Assembly: GCF_900232105.1 (NCBI RefSeq)
Contig: NZ_LT934425.1
Span: 1,110,001-1,142,000 of the forward strand
DNA from: Candidatus Kuenenia stuttgartensis
GTDB taxonomy: Bacteria; Planctomycetota; Brocadiia; Brocadiales; Brocadiaceae
DNA: 32,000 nucleotides
Reading direction: 5' to 3'
Made by a program: the position numbers and the translations under genes
Shown: piece after piece, positions 11,035-20,502 of the stretch
How positions within the stretch are numbered: the stretch's first letter is position 1
Layout of the letters: each line of letters starts with the position of its first letter
Notes under the pieces: model-generated
What the model was told of the DNA's origin: nothing
Databases searched by the model: none
What the model saw: only the letters and a program-made list of their open reading frames with translations

Positions 11035-12392
11035 CCGATTATTTCTACTACTTCCGAAAGGTAGCATATTTCAATTAATTCAATCCCAAAATCTTTTCCT
11101 AATCCTTTAGCGTTATCTTTTGGAATAACTGCTCTTTTAAAACCCAACCGTTGAGCTTCTTTTAATCTGATTTCAATTTGATTTACACTTCGCACTTCAC
11201 CGCCAAGGCCAACCTCGCCAATGACTACCATATCCGGAGGTATTGGTTTCTCTTTAAAACTTGAGGCAATTGTCATTGCGATACCAAGATCCGCCGCAGG
11301 TTCGTAAACATGAACCCCCCCTACAATATTCACAAAGATATCCTGGCCTCCCAATTTTAAACCAATCCGCTTTTCAAGTATGGCAAGGAGCATCGATACC
11401 CTGTTATAGTCAACGCCGCTGACCTTTCTTTCCGGCATGCCAAACGTTGCCTTTGTTGCAAGCGCCTGAATTTCTAACAGCAAAGCGCGTGTTCCTTCCA
11501 TACAGGGAATGATTGTAGAACCTGCGCCTACTCTCATACCCTGTGAAATAAAAATCTCCGATGGGTTGTCAACCGGATGTAATCCGTTTTTTCTCATCTC
11601 AAAGATTCCAATCTCATCCGTGGATCCAAATCGGTTCTTAACAACCCTTAGAATGCGATAGCATTGAAATTTTTCTCCCTCAAAGTACAAAACGGTATCA
11701 GCCATGTGCTCCAACACCTTTGGACCTGCAATTATACCTTGTTTGGTTACGTGTCCTACCAGAAATATTGCAGAACCCGTAGATTTCGCGGTAAAAATCA
11801 GTTCATTTGCGCATTGTCGTACCTGAGCAACGGTGCCCGGAGAGGATTCTAGCTGGGGCTTATAAATCATTTGGATGGAATCTATCACCACCAGGGTAGG
11901 ATGTGTGTTGTGTATATTTTCTAATATAAAATCTAAATTTGTCTCAGAAACAACGAGTAATTTAGGCGACAATACGGATAGCCGCTCTGCCCTGAGTTTT
12001 GTTTGAGCAACGGATTCTTCTCCTGTGACATAGAGCGTGGTATATCCTTTTTGACTGACGTGCTGACATACTTGTAAGAGGAGTGTTGATTTGCCAATTC
12101 CCGGCGTTCCGCCGATCAATACCGCTGAGCCAACAACCAAACCTCCCCCCAGGATTCTGTCAAATTCGCTGATTCCCATTTCGATACAAGGGCAATCCTG
12201 AAGTTTTATCTCAGTTATCGGAATGGGAAGTTGTCTGTCAAGCATGGCAGACAAGGAAGTAGCGCCAACGGAATCATTACTATATTCCTCTACAGTGGAA
12301 TCCCATTCTCCGCAACCGCCACAACGCCCTACCCACTTTAAACTTTTCCATCCGCAACTTTGGCAGACGTAAACAACAGATGTTTTCGCCAT
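11031..12392 (-). CDS. radA: DNA repair protein RadA/Sms
   Basis: Intact 453-aa ORF. It has an N-terminal zinc finger (CQSCGWKSLKWVGRCGGCGEW), Walker A (GGTPGIGKST), the KNRFG motif (VVKNRFGSTDEIG) and a Lon-like C-terminal domain. Confidence 0.95.
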   Translation of the reverse strand: MAKTSVVYVCQSCGWKSLKWVGRCGGCGEWDSTVEEYSNDSVGATSLSAMLDRQLPIPITEIKLQDCPCIEMGISEFDRILGGGLVVGSAVLIGGTPGIGKSTLLLQVCQHVSQKGYTTLYVTGEESVAQTKLRAERLSVLSPKLLVVSETNLDFILENIHNTHPTLVVIDSIQMIYKPQLESSPGTVAQVRQCANELIFTAKSTGSAIFLVGHVTKQGIIAGPKVLEHMADTVLYFEGEKFQCYRILRVVKNRFGSTDEIGIFEMRKNGLHPVDNPSEIFISQGMRVGAGSTIIPCMEGTRALLLEIQALATKATFGMPERKVSGVDYNRVSMLLAILEKRIGLKLGGQDIFVNIVGGVHVYEPAADLGIAMTIASSFKEKPIPPDMVVIGEVGLGGEVRSVNQIEIRLKEAQRLGFKRAVIPKDNAKGLGKDFGIELIEICYLSEVVEIIG

Positions 12393-12430
12393 GTATCGTG
12401 AGAGTTATTCACCCCTCAATTGTTTCGTGC

Positions 12431-12463
12431 GAAAAAATAAAAAAGGGCAAAAAAAGCCCTTTT
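12431..12463 (-). terminator. Rho-independent terminator downstream of clpC, about 40 nt upstream of the radA start
   Basis: On the minus strand the sequence reads AAAAGGGC-TTTTTTT-GCCCTTTT followed by TTATTTTTTC. The plus strand also has a T-run after the hairpin, so it could act in both directions. Confidence 0.6.
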
Positions 12464-12657
12464 AAAATTTTTACCAACAAGAATTATGGTATTAAAAACA
12501 CATTAAGCGACACTTGCAGAGCCTGGATATTTTTAAAGGATTATTTGTTGCCGCTAAAAAAAAGAAATGTAAGCCGGAAATGATTCTATAATGCTGCTTT
12601 ATGTAATAATGTTATCTAACAAATTTTTATTTAATATTACACCCCTATTTGCATAGC

Positions 12658-12704
12658 GTATGGGAGAAGCATTTGCCTGTTTATAGCAAATGCTTCGCCC
12701 ATAC
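12658..12704. other. Long inverted repeat / hairpin (19-bp stem, one mismatch, 9-nt loop) immediately 3' of clpC
   Basis: GTATGGGAGAAGCATTTGC (12658-12676), loop CTGTTTATA, GCAAATGCTTCGCCCATAC (12686-12704). On the plus strand it is followed by TTTTGTT. On the minus strand (clpC sense) there is no U-tract. Confidence 0.6.
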
Positions 12705-12728
12705 TTTTGTTGGCATATCTCAAATTAA

Positions 12729-15209
12729 TTAAATGCCATTTTCAGCATTTGCCAGCGCTGGTTCCGGTTCTTCAACAATATCCTCGAACACCAGCTTGCC
12801 ATCTTGCAATAAAACTTTCACACTGGATTTTCCTTCGAATCGTCCCTGCAAAATTTCCTCAGAAAGAGGATCTTCTAAATAATTTTCAATAGCCCTCCTG
12901 AGTGGTCGGGCGCCAAAATTTTGATCATATCCCTTGTCTATAAGGAAATTCAATGCTTCATCTGTCATTGTAATGCTGATTTGATACGGTTCCAATCTCT
13001 TTTTCACGTCAACAAGTTCAATTTCAACAATCTTCTTCAAATCATCTTTGTTTAAAGGTTTAAAAACAATAATATTATCTATTCTGTTTAAAAACTCCGG
13101 ACGAAAATGTTTTTCTACCTCCTTTTTCAATTGTTCTTTCATTACCTCGTAGTTATCCTTCTCCGAAGCTTTACGAAATCCTAAAGAGGCCTGATTTTTA
13201 ATAACCTCCGCGCCAATATTTGAGGTCATAATAATGATAACATTACGGAAATCAACATGCCTGCCGAAACTATCGGTAAGTTTTCCTTCATCCATGATCT
13301 GTAACATCATGTTAAAAACATCCGGATGCGCCTTTTCAATCTCATCTAATAAAACAACCGCATAAGGACGGCGGCGAATTTTTTCCGTTAACTGCCCGCC
13401 TTCCTCGTAGCCGATATAACCCGGAGGAGCTCCTATTAATCGTGAAATACTGTGCTTTTCCATGTATTCTGACATATCAATCTGTACCAAAGAACCTTCT
13501 TCTCCAAAAACCAATTTGGCGAGAGATCTTGCCAAATGTGTCTTACCAACACCGGAAGGGCCTACAAAAATAAAAGAGGCCACAGGGCGATTTGGATTCT
13601 TCAGTCTAGCGCGTGATCTTCTGATTGCTTTGGAAATTGCCCTGGTTGCCTCTTCCTGGCTTATCACCATTTTATGAAGTTCCTCTTCCATATGAAGCAA
13701 TTTATTTGCCTCTGTCGATTCTATTCGTGAGATAGGTATGCCGGTCATTTTCGACACTACTTCATCAACAATTTCAACATCAACCTCCCCTTCCAGTTCG
13801 GCATGTTTTTCCCGCCACTCTCTTTCGACAACTTCCTTTTTCTTTTTCATTTTGTCCGCTTTATCCCTTAACCGTGCCGCCCTTTCAAAATCTTGTATTG
13901 CCACGGACTCATCTTTTTCTTTTTCCAGCCGGATAATTTCGTCTTCCAGATGTTTTACGTCCGGCGGTTGCGTGGTTGCTTTGAGTCTTAACCTGGCGCA
14001 CGCCTCATCGATTATATCAATAGCTTTATCGGGCAAAAATCTTCCGGTAATATAACGCACGGAAAGTTCAGTTGCGGCTTCTAATGCCTCGTCGGTAATT
14101 CTTACTTTGTGGTGAGATTCATAGCGGTCGCGAAGCCCTTTTAGTATTTCAACCGTTTCTTCTTTCGACGGCGGCTCTACGATAATTGTCTGGAACCTTC
14201 TTTCTAGCGCACCGTCTTTTTCGATATATTTTCTGTATTCATCCAAAGTGGTAGCTCCGATACACTGTATTTCACCACGGGACAAGGCAGGTTTTAAAAC
14301 ATTTGAGGCATCTATAGCGCCCTCTGCCCCTCCTGCGCCAACAAGGGTATGTAACTCATCAATAAAGAGTATGATGTTTTTTGCCCTTTTTACTTCTGAC
14401 ATTACCGCCTTGATCCTCTCTTCAAACTGGCCTCTGTATTTCGTACCGGCTACCATCATTGCGAGATCAAGGGCTACTATTCTGCGCCCTCTCAGCAACT
14501 CAGGAACATCCCCGTGAACCACTACCTGTGCAAGGCCTTCAACTATCGCAGTTTTTCCCACGCCGGCTTCCCCCAGAAGAACAGGATTGTTTTTTGTTCG
14601 CCTGCATAAGACCTGAACAACACGTTCAATCACATCTTTCCTTCCAATAACCGGATCAAGTTCTTTTTCTCTGGCCTGCTGTGTAAGATCGCGCCCGAAA
14701 GAGTCAAGCGCAGGAGTTTTGGAACGTCCTTTCTTTTCTTCTTTTTCCTGTGATTGACTGTTTTGCACCGATTCCGAGCCCAGCAAACCAATTACTTCCT
14801 CCCGTACTTCTGCAGGTTTAACGCCCAGGTTCAATAATACCTGCGCGGCTACACCTTCCTGCTCCTTCAACAAGCCCAACAATAAGTGCTCCGTTCCTAT
14901 ATAATTATGTCCCAGCGCCCGCGCCTCTTCCATCGCATATTCCAGCACCTTTTTTACGCGGGGCGTGAACGGAAGCTGCCCTACCGATACCAGATCAGAT
15001 CCACCTTGCACTATCTTTTCTATTTCAATACGTATTTTCTTTAGTTCAACATCTAAGTTTTGCAGAACATTAGCCGCAACGCCGCTTCCTTCTTTCACCA
15101 GCCCTAATAATATATGTTCTGTCCCAATATACTCGTGATTAAACCGCCTTGCCTCTTCCCGCGCAAGGGCCATAACCTTTCTGGCACGATCAGTAAATCG
15201 ATCAAACAT
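12729..15209 (-). CDS. clpC: ATP-dependent Clp protease ATP-binding subunit ClpC (class III stress AAA+ unfoldase)
   Basis: Intact 826-aa ORF. It has the duplicated Clp_N repeat ([11 protein letters not shown] / [11 protein letters not shown]), two Walker A sites ([16 protein letters not shown]) and a UVR-like segment ([12 protein letters not shown]) between the AAA modules. Confidence 0.95.
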   Translation of the reverse strand: MFDRFTDRARKVMALAREEARRFNHEYIGTEHILLGLVKEGSGVAANVLQNLDVELKKIRIEIEKIVQGGSDLVSVGQLPFTPRVKKVLEYAMEEARALGHNYIGTEHLLLGLLKEQEGVAAQVLLNLGVKPAEVREEVIGLLGSESVQNSQSQEKEEKKGRSKTPALDSFGRDLTQQAREKELDPVIGRKDVIERVVQVLCRRTKNNPVLLGEAGVGKTAIVEGLAQVVVHGDVPELLRGRRIVALDLAMMVAGTKYRGQFEERIKAVMSEVKRAKNIILFIDELHTLVGAGGAEGAIDASNVLKPALSRGEIQCIGATTLDEYRKYIEKDGALERRFQTIIVEPPSKEETVEILKGLRDRYESHHKVRITDEALEAATELSVRYITGRFLPDKAIDIIDEACARLRLKATTQPPDVKHLEDEIIRLEKEKDESVAIQDFERAARLRDKADKMKKKKEVVEREWREKHAELEGEVDVEIVDEVVSKMTGIPISRIESTEANKLLHMEEELHKMVISQEEATRAISKAIRRSRARLKNPNRPVASFIFVGPSGVGKTHLARSLAKLVFGEEGSLVQIDMSEYMEKHSISRLIGAPPGYIGYEEGGQLTEKIRRRPYAVVLLDEIEKAHPDVFNMMLQIMDEGKLTDSFGRHVDFRNVIIIMTSNIGAEVIKNQASLGFRKASEKDNYEVMKEQLKKEVEKHFRPEFLNRIDNIIVFKPLNKDDLKKIVEIELVDVKKRLEPYQISITMTDEALNFLIDKGYDQNFGARPLRRAIENYLEDPLSEEILQGRFEGKSSVKVLLQDGKLVFEDIVEEPEPALANAENGI

Positions 15210-15216
15210 AAAACAC

Positions 15217-16284
15217 CTATCCTTTCAAAGTTTCTATCTTTTCAAGCCGTTTCCTTACATACAACGCACGAATTATATTTCTTTGCGAAGAAGTAAGCTC
15301 GCGCCCTTCTAACTTTTGTAAATGTCCCGGTAAAGTAAGAACAAAAAGTTCATTTAATGTTTTCATTTCAATATCATTGATAATTCCCAAATTAACGCCC
15401 ATCCTCACTTGCGAGAGAAGATGCATGATTTCTTCCGAAGTAATCATGCGTGCAACCTTCAGCATCCCGTACGATCTCCACACGCGGTCTTCCAGTTGTT
15501 CCCTGCTTTCAGCGATCAGGGACTTTCTTGCAATCCGTTCGTAACTGGTAATCCTGGGAATTACCCCTTCAATAATTTCAATAATTTCGGCCTCTGATTT
15601 TCCAAGGGTAAACTGGTTTGAAATCTGATATAAATCCCCGGAGACCTGCGTCCCTTCTCCGTATAAACCTCTCACTACCAAGCCAAGCTTCATTACTGCA
15701 TTAAATACTTTTTCTATATGATGTGTCATTCCCAACGCCGGCAAATGAAGCATTACCGATGCCCTCATCCCCGTACCAACATTTGTGGGACAGGCCGTTA
15801 GATATCCAAATTGCGATGAATACGCATAGTTTATTTTTCTTTCCAGTTTGTTATCAATAATGTCTATCGTTTTCCATGTTTCCCGAAGCTCAAGGCCGGA
15901 ACGGATTACCTGTATTCTTATATGATCCTCTTCATTGACCATAACGCTAATATTTTCCGATTTTTCAAAAGCGACGCCTCTCTCTTTTTCACCTTCTGCA
16001 TGTTCCCTGCTAATGAGGTGTCTTTCTACGAGAAACAGCCGGTCAACAGAAGAAAGTTCTGACAGGTTAATATAACTAAGGGCAGGTGCAACATCCGCGT
16101 CTATAATCTTTGTTCTTATAAGTTCCTCAAGTTCCTTCTTTTGTTTTACATTAGCACGGGAAAGAAAGGGATATTTTGCCACATTTCTCGCAAGGCGAAT
16201 CCTGCTGCTTATAACAATGTCAGATTCCGGTCCCGTTCCCCTAAGCCATTCACCTGTATTATCAGCCAAATCACTTATTTTCAT
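15217..16284 (-). CDS. mcsB: Protein arginine kinase McsB (ATP:guanido phosphotransferase family)
   Basis: Intact 355-aa ORF with the guanido-kinase core (NEEDHIRIQ, CPTNVGTGMRASVMLHLPAL, GEGT). It sits between mcsA and clpC, as in the Bacillus clpC operon. Confidence 0.9.
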   Translation of the reverse strand: MKISDLADNTGEWLRGTGPESDIVISSRIRLARNVAKYPFLSRANVKQKKELEELIRTKIIDADVAPALSYINLSELSSVDRLFLVERHLISREHAEGEKERGVAFEKSENISVMVNEEDHIRIQVIRSGLELRETWKTIDIIDNKLERKINYAYSSQFGYLTACPTNVGTGMRASVMLHLPALGMTHHIEKVFNAVMKLGLVVRGLYGEGTQVSGDLYQISNQFTLGKSEAEIIEIIEGVIPRITSYERIARKSLIAESREQLEDRVWRSYGMLKVARMITSEEIMHLLSQVRMGVNLGIINDIEMKTLNELFVLTLPGHLQKLEGRELTSSQRNIIRALYVRKRLEKIETLKG

Positions 16285-16771
16285 TATTATCGCCCGAAAG
16301 TTCGTATATTTTATCTCTCAACTCAGCCGCCCTTTCATAATCTTCCTTTTCGATTGATTTATTCAATTCATTTCTAAGCTGCATGAGTTCATTTTTTTTA
16401 ATCATTTCTTTCCCCGCCCTGGAAGGCACTTTTCCCACATGCTGTGCGCTGCCATGCATTTTTTCAAGCAAAGGGATTAACCCCTTTCTGAAAACAGTAT
16501 AATCCATAGGGCAACCAAGTCTCCCGTGTGAACGAAATTCCAAATATGATAATCCGCAAACAGGGCATACAATCTTGGATAACTCGTTTATCCCCGGAGC
16601 AACCTGATTAATAAGATTTGTTAATATTTCTGTAGGAGAAGGTACCTTGGCAATCTGCGTGCTTACTCCTTGCGCACATTCTTCACAAAGATGCCGTTCT
16701 TTCTTCACATTACCAACGATTTCCGTCAAGTGCACGGTTGCGTATTTTTTGTTGCAGGATTCACATTTCAT
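16271..16771 (-). CDS. mcsA: McsA-like activator of the arginine kinase (zinc-finger plus UVR-domain protein)
   Basis: 166 aa. CxxC pairs (CESC...CEEC, CPVC...C) and a C-terminal UVR motif (EDYERAAELRDKIYEL). It overlaps mcsB by 14 nt. Confidence 0.8.
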   Translation of the reverse strand: MKCESCNKKYATVHLTEIVGNVKKERHLCEECAQGVSTQIAKVPSPTEILTNLINQVAPGINELSKIVCPVCGLSYLEFRSHGRLGCPMDYTVFRKGLIPLLEKMHGSAQHVGKVPSRAGKEMIKKNELMQLRNELNKSIEKEDYERAAELRDKIYELSGDNNENK

Positions 16772-16808
16772 GCTTTGTCACCCCCATAAATCTTTCTGCG
16801 GGAAAACA

Positions 16809-18107
16809 TTACTTCTTTTCCCATTTTAACAAATCTGTCACCCTTCCTAAAGAACTTTTTTCAGATAATATTTCTTTACGAATCCTATTTTCTTTTTCCA
16901 GACAATCCATGCCATAGTTAACACTAATTTCAGATTCCGCCTGAGGTACTGCCATGAGCCCATCCTCATCTCCGATTATCCAATCCCCCGGCATGATTTG
17001 AATTCCGGAGATATTCAGAGGCACATTAATTTCCCCCAATCCTTTGGGTTCTCCCGCATCAGGCATGACTAATTTTGTATACACCGGAAAATTCAATTGC
17101 TTCATTTCCGCCGTATCGCGAACCGCTCCATAAACTACCAAACCGCTTAATTTTTTTTGTATAGCGCTGTGCGTAGCCAGTTCTCCCCAAACAGCAGGCC
17201 CCGTTCCGCCGGCATCAATTACGATTACATCCCCTTCTTTCGCAATATCTATGGCTTCTACAGGCTTAGCCCAGTCGCCGGGATAGGTTCGAACGGTGAC
17301 GGCAGTGCCTATGAGTTTTATGGAAGGATTTACCGGATACAGCCCTACAATACTTTTCGCGCGATGACGGCCATCGGATATGTTTGCGGTCGAAAGTTTC
17401 ATGAACGCATTCCGGACGTCTTCGCGGGTTACTCTTTTGAAAAAGCCGGTCTGAATTCTTCTGTTTTCTTTAACAGCTTGCCTGATATTGTTTGCCGCAT
17501 CCCTGGCGTTTTCTGATTTACTGATATATCCGCCAACAATTACGATTTGCGCCCCGGCATTGATCGCATCAACAACATTTTCAGAATTTATGCCCCCCGC
17601 GACAGCAACAGGGGTATGCGCATTTTCGCATATGTGCCGTAATACATTAAAAGGTGTTTTTCCGCTCATTTGATCGTCGATTGCGGTGTGGATAGAAATA
17701 TAATCGACGCCGCATTTTTCAACAATTCCGATACGTTCATCAATTGCGTCAGTATCCATAAAATCAGCGCATACTTTTATGCCATAATTTTTACCGGCCA
17801 ACACGCATTCCCGTATCGTTGCACCAGGCGCATTGCCCATTACCACCGCAATATTGGCGCCTGCTTTTGCAGCCATTTCCATTTCTACGCGTCCGGCATC
17901 CATAGTTTTCATGTCAGCAACCAGCATCGTATCGGGAAATATTTCTCTCAGCCGGCGAATGGCATTCATTCCTTCGCTTTTTATAAGCGGGGTGCCTATT
18001 TCCAGCCAATCAGCGCCACCTTCTATTGCCTCACTGGCAACCTTTATCGCCCTGTGAATATCCACAAAATCAAGAGCTACCTGAATAATAGTATGCTTTT
18101 CAGACAT
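16809..18107 (-). CDS. Fusion protein: 3-hexulose-6-phosphate synthase-like (OMP-decarboxylase fold) N-terminal domain plus RraA-like C-terminal domain
   Basis: 432 aa. The N-terminal half (IQVALDFVDIHRAIKVA...WLEIGTPLIKSEGMNAIRRL...VADMKTMDAG) matches the HPS/KGPDC pattern. The C-terminal half (STANISDGRHR..., GDVIVIDAGG...AVWGELAT, GLVVYGAVRD) matches the RraA / HMG-aldolase-like pattern. Confidence 0.75.
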   Translation of the reverse strand: MSEKHTIIQVALDFVDIHRAIKVASEAIEGGADWLEIGTPLIKSEGMNAIRRLREIFPDTMLVADMKTMDAGRVEMEMAAKAGANIAVVMGNAPGATIRECVLAGKNYGIKVCADFMDTDAIDERIGIVEKCGVDYISIHTAIDDQMSGKTPFNVLRHICENAHTPVAVAGGINSENVVDAINAGAQIVIVGGYISKSENARDAANNIRQAVKENRRIQTGFFKRVTREDVRNAFMKLSTANISDGRHRAKSIVGLYPVNPSIKLIGTAVTVRTYPGDWAKPVEAIDIAKEGDVIVIDAGGTGPAVWGELATHSAIQKKLSGLVVYGAVRDTAEMKQLNFPVYTKLVMPDAGEPKGLGEINVPLNISGIQIMPGDWIIGDEDGLMAVPQAESEISVNYGMDCLEKENRIRKEILSEKSSLGRVTDLLKWEKK

Positions 18108-18121
18108 TATTAAAAAAATCC

Positions 18122-18487
18122 TTATTCAAAATACGTTGCGCCACATCGGTCTGATTCCCACGTAGTAACTTTTTCAACCTTTATGCCTGAGGGCATGGCA
18201 CTTGTTAATTCTCTGTAAATCATTCTGGAAATGTTTTCGGTGGTTGGGTTTTCGGCCTTAAAATGTTCCATGTCATTTAAGTACGTATGATCAAATTTTT
18301 TTGTAACGTCTCCGATAAGCTTTTTTGCTTCTCTGAAATCAATCACCATTCCAAGATTGTCCAGCTTTTCCGACTTCAAAACAACCTGAACCTTCCAGTT
18401 ATGGCCGTGAAGATTTTCACACTGTCCTTTATATCCCCGAAGATTATGTGCCGCCGCAAAATCCGTATCGATTATAAGTTCGAACAT
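18122..18487 (-). CDS. queD: 6-carboxy-5,6,7,8-tetrahydropterin synthase (QueD / PTPS family)
   Basis: 121 aa, with the AAHNL...GQCENLHGHNW motif (catalytic Cys plus Zn-binding His residues) typical of QueD-type PTPS. Its stop lies 14 nt upstream of the HPS-RraA start. Confidence 0.8.
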   Translation of the reverse strand: MFELIIDTDFAAAHNLRGYKGQCENLHGHNWKVQVVLKSEKLDNLGMVIDFREAKKLIGDVTKKFDHTYLNDMEHFKAENPTTENISRMIYRELTSAMPSGIKVEKVTTWESDRCGATYFE

Positions 18488-18714
18488 AAATATTGCTCCG
18501 GAAAGAAATGGTTTTTAAAGAAAGGTATTACAAAACGCTGCACTTTTTAGTAAAAGGGACGGGCAATTGGACAAACATTGCTTTTTACCTGAAGCTTTGA
18601 AAAAAGCTTATCCGCGGCAAAATTAAAAGTCAAGGGTTTTAATCGAAAGAAAGAATGTGCTTAACGTCTTTTTATAAAAAAACATAGGATAACCATTCCT
18701 TCATTTTCAATGGC

Positions 18715-20502
18715 TCATTTTCTTTTGAAATGTTTGTACAATTCATCCAAAGAAAGTGATAGTGTCGTCGGCCGGCCATGGGGGCAGTTATTTGTATAGG
18801 CATTGATATTTTTTTTCTTTTCCATGAGTTCTTCTATTTCCCGATACTCTAATCTTTGCCCCGCTTTTACCGCGGCCTTGCATGCCATGATATTGACTAG
18901 TTTATTCATGACGCCTTCATTGCCCTTTCGGGAATCTTCCTCGCCAAAATCATGCGTCAGGTTTTCTATAAATTCTTTTCCATTTAAATGTTTCAGGATT
19001 TGGGGAAAGGAACGAATCATAATGGTATTGCTTCCAAATTCCTCGATCTCTATGCCAATGCCTTCCAGTTGTTCTTTTATGCTTAATACGAAAAAAAAGT
19101 CTTTTGGGTTCAATTCCACAAGTTCCGGGATCAGTAATCGCTGGCGGGGAGATTGAGATGACTGCATTCCTTTCAATATTGCATGGTACAGGATTATTTC
19201 ATGCAAGGCATGCTGGTCTATAATATTCAAACCCTCATTCGTCTCTTCTACAATAAAGGCATTGTGAATCTGAAAATACCTTTTTTTGCCGGAGAAAATC
19301 GCTTTCCCAACAGATATCTCTTCTCTTATGGGCATGGCCGTGGTGTGCTTCACATCCGTAGATGGCCCTGACGCGGGCGTTTTTTCCACTGTTTTTTCAA
19401 AAGGAAATTGTTCCCATAAAGAGGTGTTTCTATGATCAACTGTATCGGTGTTTCCCAAGTCTCTTTGAAATGTTTTTTCCGGCGTCACTATATCAATGGA
19501 TTTGGGCTGTGATTTATTCAAGGCGTCTTTTAGCGTAGAGAGCACATAATTAAAAACAACACTCTTATTCCGGAACCTTACCTCTGTTTTTGTGGGATGG
19601 ACATTGACGTCCACCTCGGACGGTGCAACCGTTAAAAATAAAAATACTATGGGGTATCGTTTGTTCATTAATTTCCCATGGTAAGCGTCGCTGATTGCAC
19701 GGTAAATAGCCGTATCCTTAATATAACGTCCGTTTAGAAAAATAAATTGCAGCCTTCCATTCGCTTTGTTCAGGAATGGCGGTGCAATATATCCTTTGAG
19801 GGAAAACAACTCTTCCCGGAGAAAGGCAGATAAAAGATGTTTTTTCAACTCACTGCCAAAAAATGTCTCAATTCTTTCTATTACTTCCTGAACGGGCGGA
19901 AGGTTAAATACCGTTCTGTTGTTGTGTCTTAACGTAAAATGGATATTCGGATAACACAGGGCAAACCGCGTTAACACGTCTGAAATATAAGACATCTCCG
20001 TCGGCGCCGTTTTCATAAATTTCTTACGCACGGGAGTATTAAAAAAAAGATCCTGCACCTCTATCTGCGTGCCTTCCGGCGCCCCGCATTCTCTCACATC
20101 GCCAATGCGGCCCCCTTCGGTTTTTATTTCTGCGCCACTTATCGCCCCTCTTATTCTCGAAGTAATTTTTGAGTTAGATACCGCACCAATACTGGGCAGG
20201 GCTTCGCCGCGAAACCCCAGTGTGTTTATCGCAAACAAATCTTCCGCGCTGGATAGTTTGCTGGTAGTGTGGCTTCGGAAAACAAGAGCGAGGTCTTCCG
20301 CGTCAATACCAACGCCATCGTCGGATATTCTTATCAGTTTTCTTCCCCCGTCTTCCAGATAAACATCGATCCTCTTTGCCTCTGCATCAATGGCGTTTTC
20401 AATGAGTTCCTTCACAACAGCGGCAGACCTGTCAATTAACTCGCCTGCCGCAATTTTATTAATTACCGACGGAGGAAGAATTTTAACTTTACCCATTTTC
20501 AC
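18715..20502 (-). CDS. mutL: DNA mismatch repair protein MutL (endonuclease type)
   Basis: Intact 595-aa ORF. It has an N-terminal GHKL ATPase (ELIENAIDA, DDGVGI, GFRGEAL) and C-terminal DQHA..., ACKAAVKAG and CPHGRP motifs. Confidence 0.95.
   Translation of the reverse strand: MKMGKVKILPPSVINKIAAGELIDRSAAVVKELIENAIDAEAKRIDVYLEDGGRKLIRISDDGVGIDAEDLALVFRSHTTSKLSSAEDLFAINTLGFRGEALPSIGAVSNSKITSRIRGAISGAEIKTEGGRIGDVRECGAPEGTQIEVQDLFFNTPVRKKFMKTAPTEMSYISDVLTRFALCYPNIHFTLRHNNRTVFNLPPVQEVIERIETFFGSELKKHLLSAFLREELFSLKGYIAPPFLNKANGRLQFIFLNGRYIKDTAIYRAISDAYHGKLMNKRYPIVFLFLTVAPSEVDVNVHPTKTEVRFRNKSVVFNYVLSTLKDALNKSQPKSIDIVTPEKTFQRDLGNTDTVDHRNTSLWEQFPFEKTVEKTPASGPSTDVKHTTAMPIREEISVGKAIFSGKKRYFQIHNAFIVEETNEGLNIIDQHALHEIILYHAILKGMQSSQSPRQRLLIPELVELNPKDFFFVLSIKEQLEGIGIEIEEFGSNTIMIRSFPQILKHLNGKEFIENLTHDFGEEDSRKGNEGVMNKLVNIMACKAAVKAGQRLEYREIEELMEKKKNINAYTNNCPHGRPTTLSLSLDELYKHFKRK

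Noticed and set aside
12380-12892. Small plus-strand ORFs 12380-12583 (67 aa) and 12707-12892 (61 aa) in and around the clpC/radA spacer.
   Set aside because: The first spans the terminator hairpin and overlaps the radA start in antisense. The second is antisense to the clpC 3' end. Neither has an SD sequence or known motifs.
16772-18714. Search for a CtsR operator (tandem GGTCAAA heptads) or a small ctsR gene upstream of mcsA or queD.
   Set aside because: No GGTCAAA/TTTGACC repeats were seen by eye in 16772-16808 or 18488-18714, and no unassigned ORF is available. The nearest resemblance, AGTCAAGGGTT near 18630, does not fit the consensus.
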